DNA of 64,000 nucleotides from Gekko japonicus (GCF_001447785.1 NW_015169198.1:432339-496338); one strand, 5' to 3'. Positions 24,200 to 37,370 are shown, counted from the first letter of the stretch. Notes: generated by a model not told the origin, from the letters alone. Numbers and translations are program-made.

Positions 24200-25375
24200 T
24201 CTCCGGACCATCAATGAACTGTGAGTTGAGTTAAACCAAAATGCCGGGAACTTAAAAGAAGGCACCCCCTGGGAATGGTAAGACGAGCGAGCAGGGGAGG
24301 GGCCCCTCCCATGCGCACAAAGAATTAAAAAGCGATTTGCCAAGGGGGAGCAGAAACAAAAGCATTGAAATCTGTTTTGAGAGATCAACGAGACTTTAGT
24401 AAGTTTTAGAAAAGTAAACAATCCAAAAATGGCGGGCAAAAAAATGGAAAAAGACAGACTAGCAAAAGTGAAACCACCGGGGAGCATGAGCCCGCGGCCG
24501 GAACATACCACTGAGTTTTCTAAACTGCTAGCGTACTCTTTGTGCCATCTACTGGACCAGATGATAAACATCAACCATCTGATGACCAGATGACGAACAT
24601 CAACCAACAACTGACAGCCTAAAACCAGAATTTTGCCCCTCAGCAGCTCCAACTGACTGAGACTACAAAAAAAAAACCCAAACAAAAAACAACGGAGCAA
24701 ACAGCTGAGAAAGTGAAGGAAATGGATGCCAAATCTAAAAAGGTTAAGAAAAAGGTCCAAATGTTGGAAAAGAAACAAGCTTCAGACGAACTTCAACTTT
24801 TACAGCTACAAATGGAGAAAGCTAACTTAGTCTTCTGGTTCCAAGGGGTCCTGGAAGCAAAAGAAGAGAATCTAAAGCAACTTTTGAGCGAAGTGTTAGC
24901 TCCATTTACAGATTTAAAATCGGAATACTTTGCAAGTGAAATGGATGTGGTTTATAGAGCCTATTCCGTTTATATCAAGAAAAATAATCTGCCTGGAGAG
25001 ATAGTGGTCAGATTCTCAAAGAGACATGTGAGGGATCAAATCCTAAAAGCAACTACAGGAACGCCCTTGAAAATTGGAGGCAACACTATCAGGATTCTAA
25101 AAGACATTCCATTTGAAATAAGGAAGAAGAGGAAGAAGTATAAAGACTTGATTCTGTTTTTGCAAACAAACAGCATTTCCTACAGATGGTTGACCCCCGA
25201 AGGTATCATTTTCAAACTGCTGGATGAAAAAGAAAAAAATTGACTCTGTTTCCAAAGCGCGTGAGTTCCTGAGACTGCAACTGGGAGAGTCAGGTGAGGA
25301 CGGCAAGGAAGAAGACAGCAAACCTAGTGATGAAATGGACTTTGCTACTTCCGATGAGGACTCTGCTTCCGAAAA
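24200..25375 (+). mobile_element. L1-clade 5' region and ORF1 (coiled-coil plus RRM/CTD-like), no ORF2
   Basis: ORF 24713-25243 ...LPGEIVVRFSKR...IRILKDIP...SYRWLTPEG resembles L1 ORF1/L1TD1-type domains. Frameshift in an A-run. Confidence 0.75.
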
Positions 25376-26232
25376 GGGGGCAAGATGGATATGTGAACCG
25401 CACTTTCTTAATGATGAACTAAATCATCTAAACCACTCACTTCAAGCAAATGGCTACTCCAAGAATGAAATCAGAAGAGCAATTAAACCAAAGGTAAAAC
25501 AAACAACTGAGGAAAAATAATCTCCCACAGGAAAAATGTTTTTGCCATATATCAAAGGAATCACTGATCAGATGGGAAAACGTATGAAAAAACACAGCGT
25601 AGCATTCAGACAAGAATAAAAGAACATGAAAGACACTGCAGACTGGGCCAGCCTGAAAAATCACCAGTGACTCAACATAGCCTAACTCAAACAGGACACA
25701 GTATCTTATTCCAAGAGACTGAAAGGCTGGACAAAAACATCCAATTATTATGTCAGAGTACACAGGAAAGCCATCGAAATTCATAAACATAAGCACAATT
25801 TCAACAGGAAAGAAGAGAGTTTAAAAATAAATAGGGCATGGTTTCCTGTCCTGAAAAACACAAAATGCTCTACATCTTACAACAGCACTACAGATAAGAT
25901 TAGAATTTCAACAGCCAATTCATATGCAAAAGAATTGGACCTAGCAAAATTTTCCTCAGGAAAGCTCCTCCATTAGCATGTCACAGCCTGGGGAACTCCT
26001 ACAAGATAATGACAGCCCTACCCCACCTTCCTGAGTAAATATAAATTACCTGCCTACCATTTTTCTTCTCACCTTGACACAGAGAGTATGCCATCTTTCT
26101 GTGCTGTACCTCTGAGGATGCCAGTCACAGCTGGTGGAGAAACGCCAGGTACTACAATGCCAACACCACAGCCATACAACCCGGAAAATCTACAACAACT
26201 AATGAACTCCAGCCATGAAAGCCTTCAACAAC
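25376..26232 (+). mobile_element. Penelope-like element 3' part (RT thumb, GIY-YIG C-terminal part, 3' pseudo-LTR)
   Basis: ARWICEPHFLNDELNHL...LQANGYS, then LPYIKGITD and SIQTRIKEHERHCRLGQPEKS. The GVY...YIG stretch is deleted at ~25598. Confidence 0.85.
26105..26153 (+). ncRNA. Degenerate minimal hammerhead ribozyme of the Penelope pLTR
   Basis: gtacct-CTGAGGA-tgccagtcacagctggtgga-GAAAC-gcc-aggtac. Stem I is gtacct/aggtac. The cleavage triplet reads GCC instead of GUC. Confidence 0.7.
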
Positions 26233-26292
26233 TCATTCATTCATTCATTCATTCATTCATTCATTCATTCATTCATTCATTCATTCATTCAT
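26233..26292. repeat. (TTCA)n microsatellite, probable tail of a MIR/Squam-like SINE at ~26290-26480 (-)
   Basis: The repeat is directly visible. The adjacent sequence has cctcacaacaac...ccaaggttacccagtgagctt, a CORE-SINE pattern. Confidence 0.75.
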
Positions 26293-26853
26293 TCTGTTCC
26301 TCTTTTCTTCATAATTGATAGCCAAAGTAGCTTATCACATCATTCTCTGCTCTATCCTCACAACAACAACTTTATGAGATAGGATGGGCTGACAGAATGC
26401 AACAGTCCAAGGTTACCCAGTGAGCTTCTGTCGCCCTGGTCCTAGTTTGCCACTTGAGCCACTACTCCACCTTGGTAGTTTGCCTTGAATTTTCCTTTTT
26501 TGAGGAAACAATGTGCATGTGGGTAGACAGAGAGATCTTAATTTCTCTATCTCTTGGCATTTTGCTATGTAAATTCATATGTTTGATCAAGTATGTTTGA
26601 ATAAAAGCCATAATGAAAGAAGTTATGAAATAAACAGAGGCTTTCTAAAGCAACTATTGTTTCTGGATACCTCTGCCCTTTCTGGAATTCATCTTCTCAA
26701 AGGAATCTCGAACTGGTCTTCCAACATCATTATATTGATATTTGAATAACCAGTTTGTCTGGAACATTCCACATAGCACTATATTTAAGTGCAATGCGTG
26801 GGCTTATAAATGGTGAAGAAAAATCTTTTAATGCAATTGATAGGGAACAGATA

Positions 26854-27207
26854 GAGCTGCGGTGGCTCAAGTGGTTAAGACACTGAACTGCAGGCTGTGG
26901 AAGGTCAGTAGTTCAGCAGTTTGAGACCCGAGTTGCCGCATGATGGAGTGAGCTCCCGTCTCTACTTCCAGCTCCTGCCAATCTCGCAGTTCGAAAGCGA
27001 GAAATTGCAAGTAAATAAATAGGTACCACTTCAGTAGGAAGGTAACAGCGTTCCGTGCGCCTTGGTGTTTAGTCATGCCGGCAACATGACCATGGAAACA
27101 TCTTCGGAGAGCGCTGGCTCTTCAGCTTTGAAACGGAGATGATCACTGCAACCCTAGAGTCGGATTCGACTGGCTTTCGAGCAAGGGAACCTTTACCTTT
27201 ACCTTTT
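26854..27207 (+). mobile_element. Sauria SINE
   Basis: Same family as the 15995 copy, with an (ACCTTT)n tail. TSD tagggaacaga at 26841-26851 and 27208-27218. Confidence 0.92.
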
Positions 27208-28210
27208 TAGGGAACAGAATAACATTTCTTCCTTCATATGTCTGCTGCCACAAATCAGTGCAGTGTAGTTATGCTACATACAATATTTGTTGACTCTCAA
27301 GAGTTGCTTATTCAGAAATTTCTTATCTGCTGATGTCTTCCCTGTCTTCACACTCATACATATAATTAAACATACACTAAATTCCATCTTTAAAATGATT
27401 AGAATATCTCAAGGAAAAAACAAGAAAAATCTTTTTTTTTAAGTATATAACCTTGTATATCAAATATATATTATGTGAAACTGCCACTGATTAAACCACA
27501 AAATATTTAATGTACTTTAGGAGCCTGACATTTTGAATTCACCTGTTTTTTTCTTCTTTGCAAATATAGATTGCTTCTAGGTAATTTTTATTTCTGATTG
27601 TCCTGGGCCTTCATCCCCAAAATTGCTACCCTAAGCTACTTTTAAGGAAAACTTCTTAGTGACCCTGTAAAGTATTTTATTTCTGTGTTATTGATATGGT
27701 TGAGAAGATGCTCGGAGAGTGGCACAAATATAGAATTTGCCTCTATCCTCCCAGGATGTTGAAGCAAAGCACTTACATCTGTCTCTACTCCATACTAGTC
27801 CATGGTAATGCTTGTGGTCAAGGGACTGTAAGTGAAATTTCTGCATGTGCGCCTGGGGAACAGAGCCAGAGAGCAAAATATATTTTGATGAGACAGAGGT
27901 TGCTGCTTATGTAGAATTAAAGCCTCCAACCCTCAAGTCAATAAACCAGTGATGTAACTGGAATGAAACAACACTTCAGGAAGATAGTTTCAGCAGCAGT
28001 GCAGTCCTCTGCAGTGGAAAAATGTGCTGCTCTGCTGATTGGGAAATGTTCCTGTCAAGCATTTGATCTCTTTCTTCTTTCTCCCATCTATATGAGCTAT
28101 AAAGTAGACAGCCAGGTGCTGGAATAATGAATGATCGAGATTATCAAAGTCTATTAAATGTTGTCATGCCTCTTTCTTTGGATTAAATATAGCAATACTA
28201 TTAAAAAGCA

Positions 28211-28428
28211 TGCCCTGACTTGGATGGCCCAGGCTAGCTCCATCTTGACAGATCTCAAAAGCTAAGCAGTGTCAGCCCTGGATAGTATTTGGATGGGAGA
28301 CCCCTAAGGAATTCCAGGGTGGTTATGCAGAGGAAGGCAATGGCAAACCACCACCTCTGTTAGTCTCTTGCCTTGAAAACCCTACACTGTAAGTTGGCTG
28401 CAACTTGACAGTACTTTACACTCACACA
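28211..28428 (+). mobile_element. 5S rRNA-derived SINE (5S-Sauria-like)
   Basis: gatctcaaaagctaagcagtgtcagccctggatagtatttggatgggagacc matches the 5S rRNA A and C boxes, followed by the RTE-type tail gaaggcaatggcaaaccac...cttgccttgaaaaccc. Confidence 0.8.
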
Positions 28429-29659
28429 TCAATAAACCAGCATTTCCATTTACTTATTTGATTTTTAAAAAATCCCCTACCAGTTTGGCATGTGTCCTGT
28501 TCGCCTCAATGATCAAGGAGCCAATTGTTCACCAAGCTGTTCATGGGCATTCAAATGAATCCATATGCATCTGTCTGTATGATTATACTGCTTTCTTGCA
28601 GCTGCTGCCCTCATACACAATCTCATTGTCACCGCAATTAAAAAGGAAAAAAAATGTTTTATCTATTTGAGTTGTGGCTTACTACTTAGATGTCTGTGTG
28701 CTCCTTCAGTATCTGCTCTTGAATGGATACTTCTACCTCTGTGGATGGAAAAAGCAGGCAATATATAATGCCATTCATTAAAAGGATATATCTGATTGGC
28801 TAGGAACAAAGAGGGAATGAAGTGGGTATGAGTCCATGCTTGACAAGCTGGTCAATTTAATGATGTGACCATGACCCAGGGCATACGTGCCTCTTCCCTG
28901 ATAATTAAGGTGCTTTAGTTTGCAGACTGTGAAAGTGCAAAAGCAGCTACCAGCTGCAACTTATTTGTTACTTATTACCAATGCACAATGTAGGTCAGAG
29001 GTACTGTGCCAGTGCAAAACTTTTCGGCATGGTGGTCAAGATGAATTCTGAACCCCCACTTGCCTAGTGACCATTATGTGATCCAATCAGAAGCTCACCA
29101 AATATGTAAGCAACAAAGTTTAGTTAAGGTAAGTTCATTTAATGATAATGACCATGTTCAGTTACTGAACATGCTTGACTTTAGTATCCAAGTGCACATC
29201 ACTGCCTGAGAAGCTTAGAACTAGCAGGTAAAAACTAAATTCCAACATGGTAACATGTCATGGGCCTTTGAATTACCTTTGCTGGTATGGATCGCACATT
29301 AAATATTTCCTGAAATGAGAGAGATGATGTTTGCTGCTTGTATATGTGATTATGCCATACAATCTCAATCATTTTTATAACGTTGGCTTTGACCGATATT
29401 CTGAATCAAAATGAAGAAGAGGTCACACATATTATTAGTATAAGAACTGGGCAAAGCATTTTAAAGCCAGGTCAAAGGGGCTACAGTTAATGGGCCAAAA
29501 GAAACTTTCATCCAAGGCAAACTGTTCTTGACATTGCAAAATATTTGGATAACTTTTTGTTCCATTGTGTTTCATTTTGCACACATCTCTCTGCTTCTAA
29601 CCTTTAGCCATGTTTAAAACCAAATGTAAAATTGAGATTATACAGATTGTAAACCTTAA

Positions 29660-30583
29660 ATGCCATATTATATAAAAGCTCAGGGACAAACTGAACCTTA
29701 ATCCAGACAAAATTGAAATGCTGTTGGTCAATGGAAAAGCTGCTTGCGGATTGCAGAGCCAGTCTGTCCCGGAGGCGGTTGCACTCACCCTGAAGGAATA
29801 GCTTCATAGTTTGGAGAGTCCTACTGAATCCTGTATTACAGTTGGAGGCTCAAGTCTCCCCCATGGGATATAATGCCTTTAATCAGCTTGGGTTGGTTTG
29901 GCAGCTATGGGCAATCCTCAGAAAGCATGGTCTGACTGCAATGATCCAGTCTCTGATCACATTGAAGTTAGATAATTGCAATGAAAGCTACCTTTGAAAA
30001 AGGTTTGGAAACTTCAGTTGGCCCAAAATGTAGTGGCAGGGCTACTGTCAAGAGCTGGTTATGGGAGTTGTATCACTCCAGTGCTGAAAGATCCACACTA
30101 GATACCCATCTCCTTCTGGGCACAGTTCTAAGTCCTGGTGCTTACGTATAAGGCCCTAAAGAGCCTGAAGCCAAGCTACTTGAAGACTCATCTCCTTCCA
30201 TGCTATCCAGTCTGCTAGTGATTTTATTTGAACAGTCAACCTTAAAATATATATTTAATTTTAATTTGACACTCGCCTTGTCCCTACTTTTTTTAGGCAC
30301 TGGACTAAAACATGTCTTTTTAGTCAGGCTTTTAATTAGGGGTTTATCTTACCAGCTTTTTAATAGTCTGCTTCTTTCTTGTGGATAGTTTTGATGCTAA
30401 CTGCTGATGCTATGTCTAACTGACTGATTTTTAATGACAGTTTTTAATGGTTTATTTTTACTGACTTGTTTTCTATACCGTGTAGCTTTTTATTATTTTA
30501 TAGCTTTATAACTGTAAGATGTCTCAAGCATAATTCTGAAGAGGTGACATAGAAATATTCTAAATAAAAGCAATAAATAAATA
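29660..30583 (+). mobile_element. Old L2 LINE 3' fragment
   Basis: KLNLNPDKIEMLLV and KLQLAQNV motifs, a T-rich 3'UTR and an (AATA)n tail. Confidence 0.8.
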
Positions 30584-32479
30584 CACCTTACAATGTACAT
30601 GGGTCTGCTATGGGAATTGGTAAACTTATTGCAGCTGCAAGCTCCCAGTGAGAACTCCATTTAAAAGTGTCATGTTCAGTTTGGATTGGGACTCTGATCC
30701 GGGGGGGGGGGGGGGGGCAGGCTGGCTGGCTGCTGCTTTCCCTTTAACCATTTCCCAAGCCAAAATGGTACCAGTGAGGTGTTACTTGCCTGATCAGCTG
30801 TGCATGGCCTATAGAGCCTGGAGGGGCAAATAATTCCTCTCAGCACCATTTCAGGTCAGGATAATGAAATGGGCCCAAAAGACAGAAGTCCCTCTTCCCC
30901 CTGCACCATGCTCCCGATCTGAATCAGGTCCCATGGTGCACTCATGTACATCATAGCATGTAGTGTGTCCCTCAGTTTAACTGTCAAGAAAGCTTTATGC
31001 TTTTGCTGATATACTTAGAACAATAGTTCAGTAGCTTAATATAAAGAAAATATCTAAACATTTACCCCAGTTTTACGTGGACAATAAGCTTGTATATCAT
31101 GGCAGCAGCCCCCCCCCCCACAGGTTGGCCTTGGAAGTGTGTGGACTAGCTGTCAAGGTGTGTCACTATGGTAAGGAGTATTTGTGTATAGACCGGTATT
31201 TTTATAGAATATAATCTCCACATGGGTGAGCTACACCTTATTCCATCAGTGGTGATAGATTCAAAAGGTATATTTCCCTGGATTGTACAACCACAATGTA
31301 TCTCCCCATCAAAAAAACAACAGCAACACCCTAGTATATCTGTTGAGATTATGACTACTGACATTACTGGCCATCGGTGTCAGGCAGCTGCTTGTATCCT
31401 AAAGCTTTCCTCCTACCTACCAGTGACAGTAAAGATGAACTTGAGGAGGGGGTGAGCACTTTTTTTTCTTTTAGCATTGGCATAATATACCTTCATTGTT
31501 CAGTGTGGTTTAGAATTAATCCAGAAAAGCATGTCAATTTTGTCTCAAGTGCTGAACAGTAAAAGGTTATGTGAACATAGGCTCACATGCTTGTTTTCAA
31601 GGTTCCAAAGCCACTGAGGTAGCCTGTAAATATTTAGCTAAGGGAGGATTCTGAGCCTTGGGAGCAATGAAGATATACTGAGCTTGTGTGGTGAAATATG
31701 GGAAGGCTTCCCAAAGAAACTGAGCTAAATCTTAATATCAGTCTTGTTTTCACCTCAAGGTGAATATAGCAAGTCTAGCAGAAAGTAGAAAGGGCTTGCA
31801 GGCAAGCACATGTGCTGGGCCAAGTGATTTTGGAAAATATATGAAGGCACTCAGAAATTTCACCTTTCCCCAGAGCTTTAAAAATCAGCCTTTGGATGGT
31901 TGCTTTCTCACAGCTGCCTCTGAACTTTGATTAGTGTTCTAGAGTGGCATCAAAAGTAAAGAAACCCTATTTATTTCCGCATGAACCACTGAGATGTTTT
32001 CCAAGTTTCTCCTTCAGTAAATGTGTGGGGAGGGAAATTTGACCCCAAAATCGAAACCCACAAAAGCTCAATCTGAAACGATACTACTTGATTCATACAT
32101 GGTAGTGGAGAGGCCAGATCAGTAGTTAGATGTGCTGCCTCCACTCTGTATTACATATTGTATGAGAATATGTCTCAGAAACCTCACTCCATCTTGCTTG
32201 TTTCTGTTTCCACACACACATAGGGTCTGAAAGGACCCTCAGAAGAAAGGATCTTTTTTCTAGCCCTTCCCAAGGAAGAGGCAACAACAACATACTGAAG
32301 GCTGGCAATGAGCAGTAGAAGTGTCCCTCCCTGAATCATTACAGTTGTACAGGTATCTGGAATGCCTGTCATGGCCCAATCAAGACAGCATGGATGTGGG
32401 AGTAGAAAAAGCCCCATACTCCTAACTCAGGAGCCAGAGGAGCAAATAGTCCAAGTGTCATTGTGGAAATCACTAATAC

Positions 32480-32665
32480 ATGTACGTGTGCAAAGTGCTG
32501 TCATCTCATAGCCAACTTCTGGCAACCCCAGAGGGATTTCAAGGTAAGTGATGAAGCAAAGGTGGTTTGCCATTGTCTTCTCCATAAAGTCTTCCTTAGT
32601 TGTCTCTGTTACAAGTACCAATCATACTTAGCTTCTAAGATTCAATGAAATTGGGTTATACCATG
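32480..32665 (-). mobile_element. Degenerate 5S/RTE-tail SINE
   Basis: ggtggtttgccattgtcttc and cttagcttctaagat, the reverse of the 28211 family. Confidence 0.55.
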
Positions 32666-35024
32666 CCACCCTCAATCTTGCCATTCCCTGGGGTTTGCCA
32701 GAAATCCACTGTTCTCATTAGGATCCTCTATCCAGAATATTGTTATCCATATTCCACCCACCTATAACTAGCCCAGGAAATATCATGGTCTGAACAGGGG
32801 TGTGGTTCTCTTCCACTCTCTTGGGAGAAGCTAAAATTAGAGAAGGAAACTACAGGAAAGACAAGGTACAGTATTTCCTCCCTTCTTCTAGACCTGGAGA
32901 CTCAAGTATCCTATAATGTCACATTCTGTTGTTAGAACTCTGGGTTCCATTAGTTGGATCCCATGGACATGTTCTGCTAATAGTTGATCCCTTCCTCCAG
33001 TACAAACACTAGTGTAGGAGACTGTTGCATTATGGAGAAGGTGCAAGCCACTAAAGGAACGCACAACGATTAATGACACTAATCCATTAGATCCAATTCT
33101 ATAACTGCACAATTTGAATCAATATTAAATTACCTTTGTAATATGTATTTGTAGATACTGTAGAAACTTTCTGTCCATACCAAAGATTGGCAATGAATAA
33201 AAACAGGTATTGGTTCTGTTTTAAACAAGGACAACTTGAAAAGGTGTATGTGTGTCTGTATGAGGGAGAGAGAAAATTTTGAAGAACTTGCCAATGTGCC
33301 AAGAGCAGTAGAGATAAAAGACATCAGTGTGCCAAAGGTGTCTTGAAGGGGTTGGGGAGTTTTGCTATTTTGGGCCACAGTGTGACGGTAGTAGCTTTTC
33401 ATTCCAATCAGTCTAATTAGATTTTATTTATATATTCAGTTATGCTTATTAGAATCCTTGTACAGAATGTTTCCTGGTTACATGTTTGTAACTGGCACTT
33501 AAAGTCTAGTAAAGACTTAGCAAACAACAAATATAATCACTAGCACAAAATGCAGCATTCCACTTTCTTTCACTTGTTTGGTAGGATAATGATGGCATTG
33601 GAAATGCAGCTTCATTCTGATTTCTCTCTCCCTTTGCCAAGTGCTTTAAAGAGGAGTGTTAACACTATTCAAAGTTGTTTCAAAAGATCAGAGTACTGAG
33701 AATCAAATACCTGTGATCACTGAACAAAATGGCTTATCATGCTGATTCTAACTATTAGAGACAGTTTTTAAATGGCTGAATATTTAGGGATATGACTCAC
33801 AAGTATTAAATTATTATTATAATGATTCTGCTTCTTTTGATAAACAGATTCAGATTCTCGTTGTTCACACCCCCTCGTTTGACTATTTCCGCAGAATTTT
33901 AACTGTGATCATTCAGTGAATATGAGAATTATGGAGCTAAATGGAAATATTGTGTGTGTACGGGGGCGGGTTAGTTACTGCAGGTATTATCAGAAAAATG
34001 TTTAAATCTCAACATTTGTTCAATGGAAATAGCATATATAAATCCCAAACAAAAACACTGAAAGGAAGAAAAAGAGAGAGGATGAGAAAGTGGATGGACA
34101 GACTGCTGTATCTAAGACTGACACTAATAATCATGAGCTTGATATCCATGTCAAAAGTTTCAGCCAGGGAGAATTGCTTGCTGAACATATATACAAACTG
34201 TAACAACAAAAAATAATCAAAACACTATTTTGCTATTGTCATCCCAGCTCCTGGACACAGAGATTAGCTTTAGATGAAGACCCAAATGATTGCTTGGGAA
34301 ATTAGTCAGGGAAATGTGTGGCCACTATTTTAAGTTGCCTTACCTTTCTTTATCTTGGTTCCTGTTTCCTGTAGGTTTGTCACCTTTTTCTTATTGGTGC
34401 CCCAGACCTTTAGAGGTGTCTTACAGTTTGAAATAGCTACTTTAGCTCTTTTGGAATCCTTAGCATGGTCTCAGACACTGAAATAGGCTATGGGGGGTGT
34501 CTTAGCCTTTGTATTGGAAGTCTGCTGTGTATGCCTAAGAGAATATAGATTCTGCAAGCTTTCTTCCAGGAGAATGCTGTTATTACCTTATTACGTTCCT
34601 CTCAGCCTTCTTACTGTACTTGTGCCATTCAAGGTATTGAGGAGGAGTAACTTTGAAACCCAGATGATCCTGCATGTGGGTACACTAGCCCCGTTCCCCA
34701 CATAACATGGGTAGGCTTGCTCCTCTTTCACTCCTGGTCAATCTTGCTGAAGACTTGGCTTCTGTGATGTAATGTAGGATGGGGAGTAGGTCAGAGAAAG
34801 TACTTCAAATTTCCATTCCTTCCACACCTGCCAAACTTGATAAGCCTTTAGTTCATTATAGAAGACAAATGAGTCCCTGTAATTCTGGCAGGGAAGTTTA
34901 GGCGATGTCAGCATCACCAGTTGTTCTTTTGATGTCACAACTTGAATGACAGAAAATAACTGTTTCAGAATGAATCATTGCTGGGGAGACAGCCTAGCAC
35001 TGACACTTTGTACCTCTTTCGCTT

Positions 35025-36060
35025 GATTTATTTATTTTTTTATTATTAAATTTATACCCCACCCTATCCAGCCAAGGCCGGCTCAGGGTGGCTTACAGAA
35101 AGAATAAAACCACAATAAATAATTTAAGCATAAAACAATTCAGCATTGAAAGGTGCTAACAAATTGACATTTCAAGTTAAATTTACATTTAAGTTTAAGA
35201 TGGTGGTCGGCTTTCATTATACCATCCTAGTGATCGACCCAGATCTAACATTGTGAGGCTGGCGCAGGCTGATCAGGGAGCACAGTTCTCCCTTGGGGCG
35301 GCTCCTAACTGAAAGCCTGGTGGAAGAGCTCCGTCTTGCAGGCCCTTCAGAACTGCATAAGATCCTGCAGGGCCCTGATCTCCTCCGGGAGCTCATTCCA
35401 CCAGAGAGGAGCCACCACCGAGAAAGCCCTGGCCTAGATTGTATGGGGAATGGCAGTCCCTCAGGTAGGCAGGTCCCTGACCATTAAGGGCTTTAAAGGT
35501 CAAAAACAGCACCTTGAAGTGAATCCGGAACGCTATTGGAAGCCAGTGCAATGACTTCAGCACAGGCAAGGGCTTTAAAGGTAAGAACCAGCACCTTGAA
35601 GCGAATTCGGTATGCTATCGGTAGCCAGTGCAATACCTTCAGTACAGGCTTAATGTGCTCCCGCATTGGGAGGCCCATTAAAAGCCTGGCTGCAGCATTT
35701 TGCACCAGCTGTAGCTTCCGGATTTGCAACAAGGGCAGCCCCATGTAGAGAGCATTAGAGTAGTCCAATCTCGTGGTGACCATTGCATGGATCACTGTTG
35801 CCAAGTCGTTGCGTTCAAGGAAGGGAACCAACTGCCTAATCAGCCGAAGATGGTAAAAGGCCGACTTGGCAGTGGCTGCTACCTGGGCCTCCATTGTTAA
35901 GGAGGCATCCAAGAGCACTCCCAAGCTCCTAACCTCCAGCGCTGGCACCAACAAAGCCCCATCAAAGGTCGGGAGTGGGATCCCCTACCCTTGGTCCACC
36001 CTGACTCAGACACAGGACCTCCATCTTCATCGGATTCAGTTTCAGTCGGCTCAGCCTAAG
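35025..36060 (-). mobile_element. L2 LINE 3' fragment (chimeric, two subfamily pieces)
   Basis: SLGVLLD...RLDYSNALYMGLP...KLQLVQNAAARL...LHWLPI. The 3' tail is at ~35030. Confidence 0.9.
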
Positions 36061-36517
36061 CTACAATGGACAACAAGAGGGATCTGAAATATTCTGCCAC
36101 ACACAGTTTTCAGCAGCATTGGTTGTGAAAACTGCAATACTATATATACACATCTTCAGGTTTCTCACACCTGATATGTGGATGGACAGGAAATCAAAGG
36201 TATGTATTGATCAGTGTACAATACCTTCAGTAGAGAATCTGAAGAACCACTCACAGTCCTGGCATGGTATATAAAAATCTAATTTACAGAAGAATGTGTA
36301 GAGCATAGCACTCTGCATACCTATAACTCTTTCTTTAGTTTCTAGCATGTGTGGAATTATCAGGGATGTTCAGAACATGTGCCTTTTAATACATGAAGCT
36401 GCCCTTTATGAAGTCACTGGTCTATCTCGCCACTCCAGCCTACTCTAGCTGCCAATGTTTCTCCATGATGTCAGTTAAAGATCTTTCCCAGTGCTGCTCT
36501 CCAACTGGCAATGTCTA

Positions 36518-36632
36518 TGATAAACCTGTGGTACAAGCAGTCACACTACATAGGTATCTACTATGTCATGGCCTCTACAGTCGATAAACCTGTGGTACAA
36601 GCAGGTATCTACTATGTCATGGCCTCTACAGT
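36518..36632. repeat. Short tandem duplication
   Basis: gataaacctgtggtacaagcag and aggtatctactatgtcatggcctctacagtc each occur twice. Confidence 0.85.
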
Positions 36633-37368
36633 CTACATCACAGAACTTTAACAGACTAAGAATTTGCATAAACCTGCCATGGTATTTAATCCAGCACTGA
36701 CACAATTCACTACTGTTCTTTGTTAGGTGTTTTTAAAAGCTGGTATTAGAAGAGTTAAATTTTGTTTTCCTTTTGCCATTGAAATAAAGTTAATAAGCAA
36801 CCTGAAACACAGGCTGGAGCTGCAGATGCTAAAGTTTTAAATAATCCTAGAAGGGAAGAAGAAAATTGTTCCTGACAAGAAGAAAATATACATTGCAAAA
36901 TTGTTTTTTGTATGTTGAAGTGCCCTGAGTGTTTGGACCACACTGCTTATTTCAATGTTTAACTAAACTTGTTGATAATGGAAAAATACCACCCCCAATA
37001 ATAGTTTCCTTAAACCATGCCCTTTAACCCTTGAGTAGGTTTTTGATGTTGTTGTTCCTTTTCATTGTTGGCATGGTAACCGAGAGGCACTTACTGACAG
37101 ATCAATGCATGGCTACATCAACATAACATTTTCAGTCAAGTTCCCAGGAGCTTTCCTCCTGAATGTGTCATTTTGATTCAGATAACTAAATCAGGCTAAG
37201 CACCACAATGATAATGGATGACTTGCCTCATTAACTGTCTCCTGCTGTTTTACCCTGTCAGGAAGCACCAGAGTGAATGTCTTGGCTCCTAGGAGAGGAA
37301 ATGGTTTCTATTATTTATTATTTTGATGTGTTATTTTATCACGCCTTTCCATTCATTTGGTTAAATTG

Positions 37369-37370
37369 GT

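Noticed and set aside
26854-26935. tRNA gene
   Set aside because: It is the tRNA-derived head of a Sauria SINE with tail and TSD.
28240-28325. 5S rRNA gene
   Set aside because: It is diverged and fused to an RTE-type tail, so it is a 5S-derived SINE rather than a functional rRNA gene.
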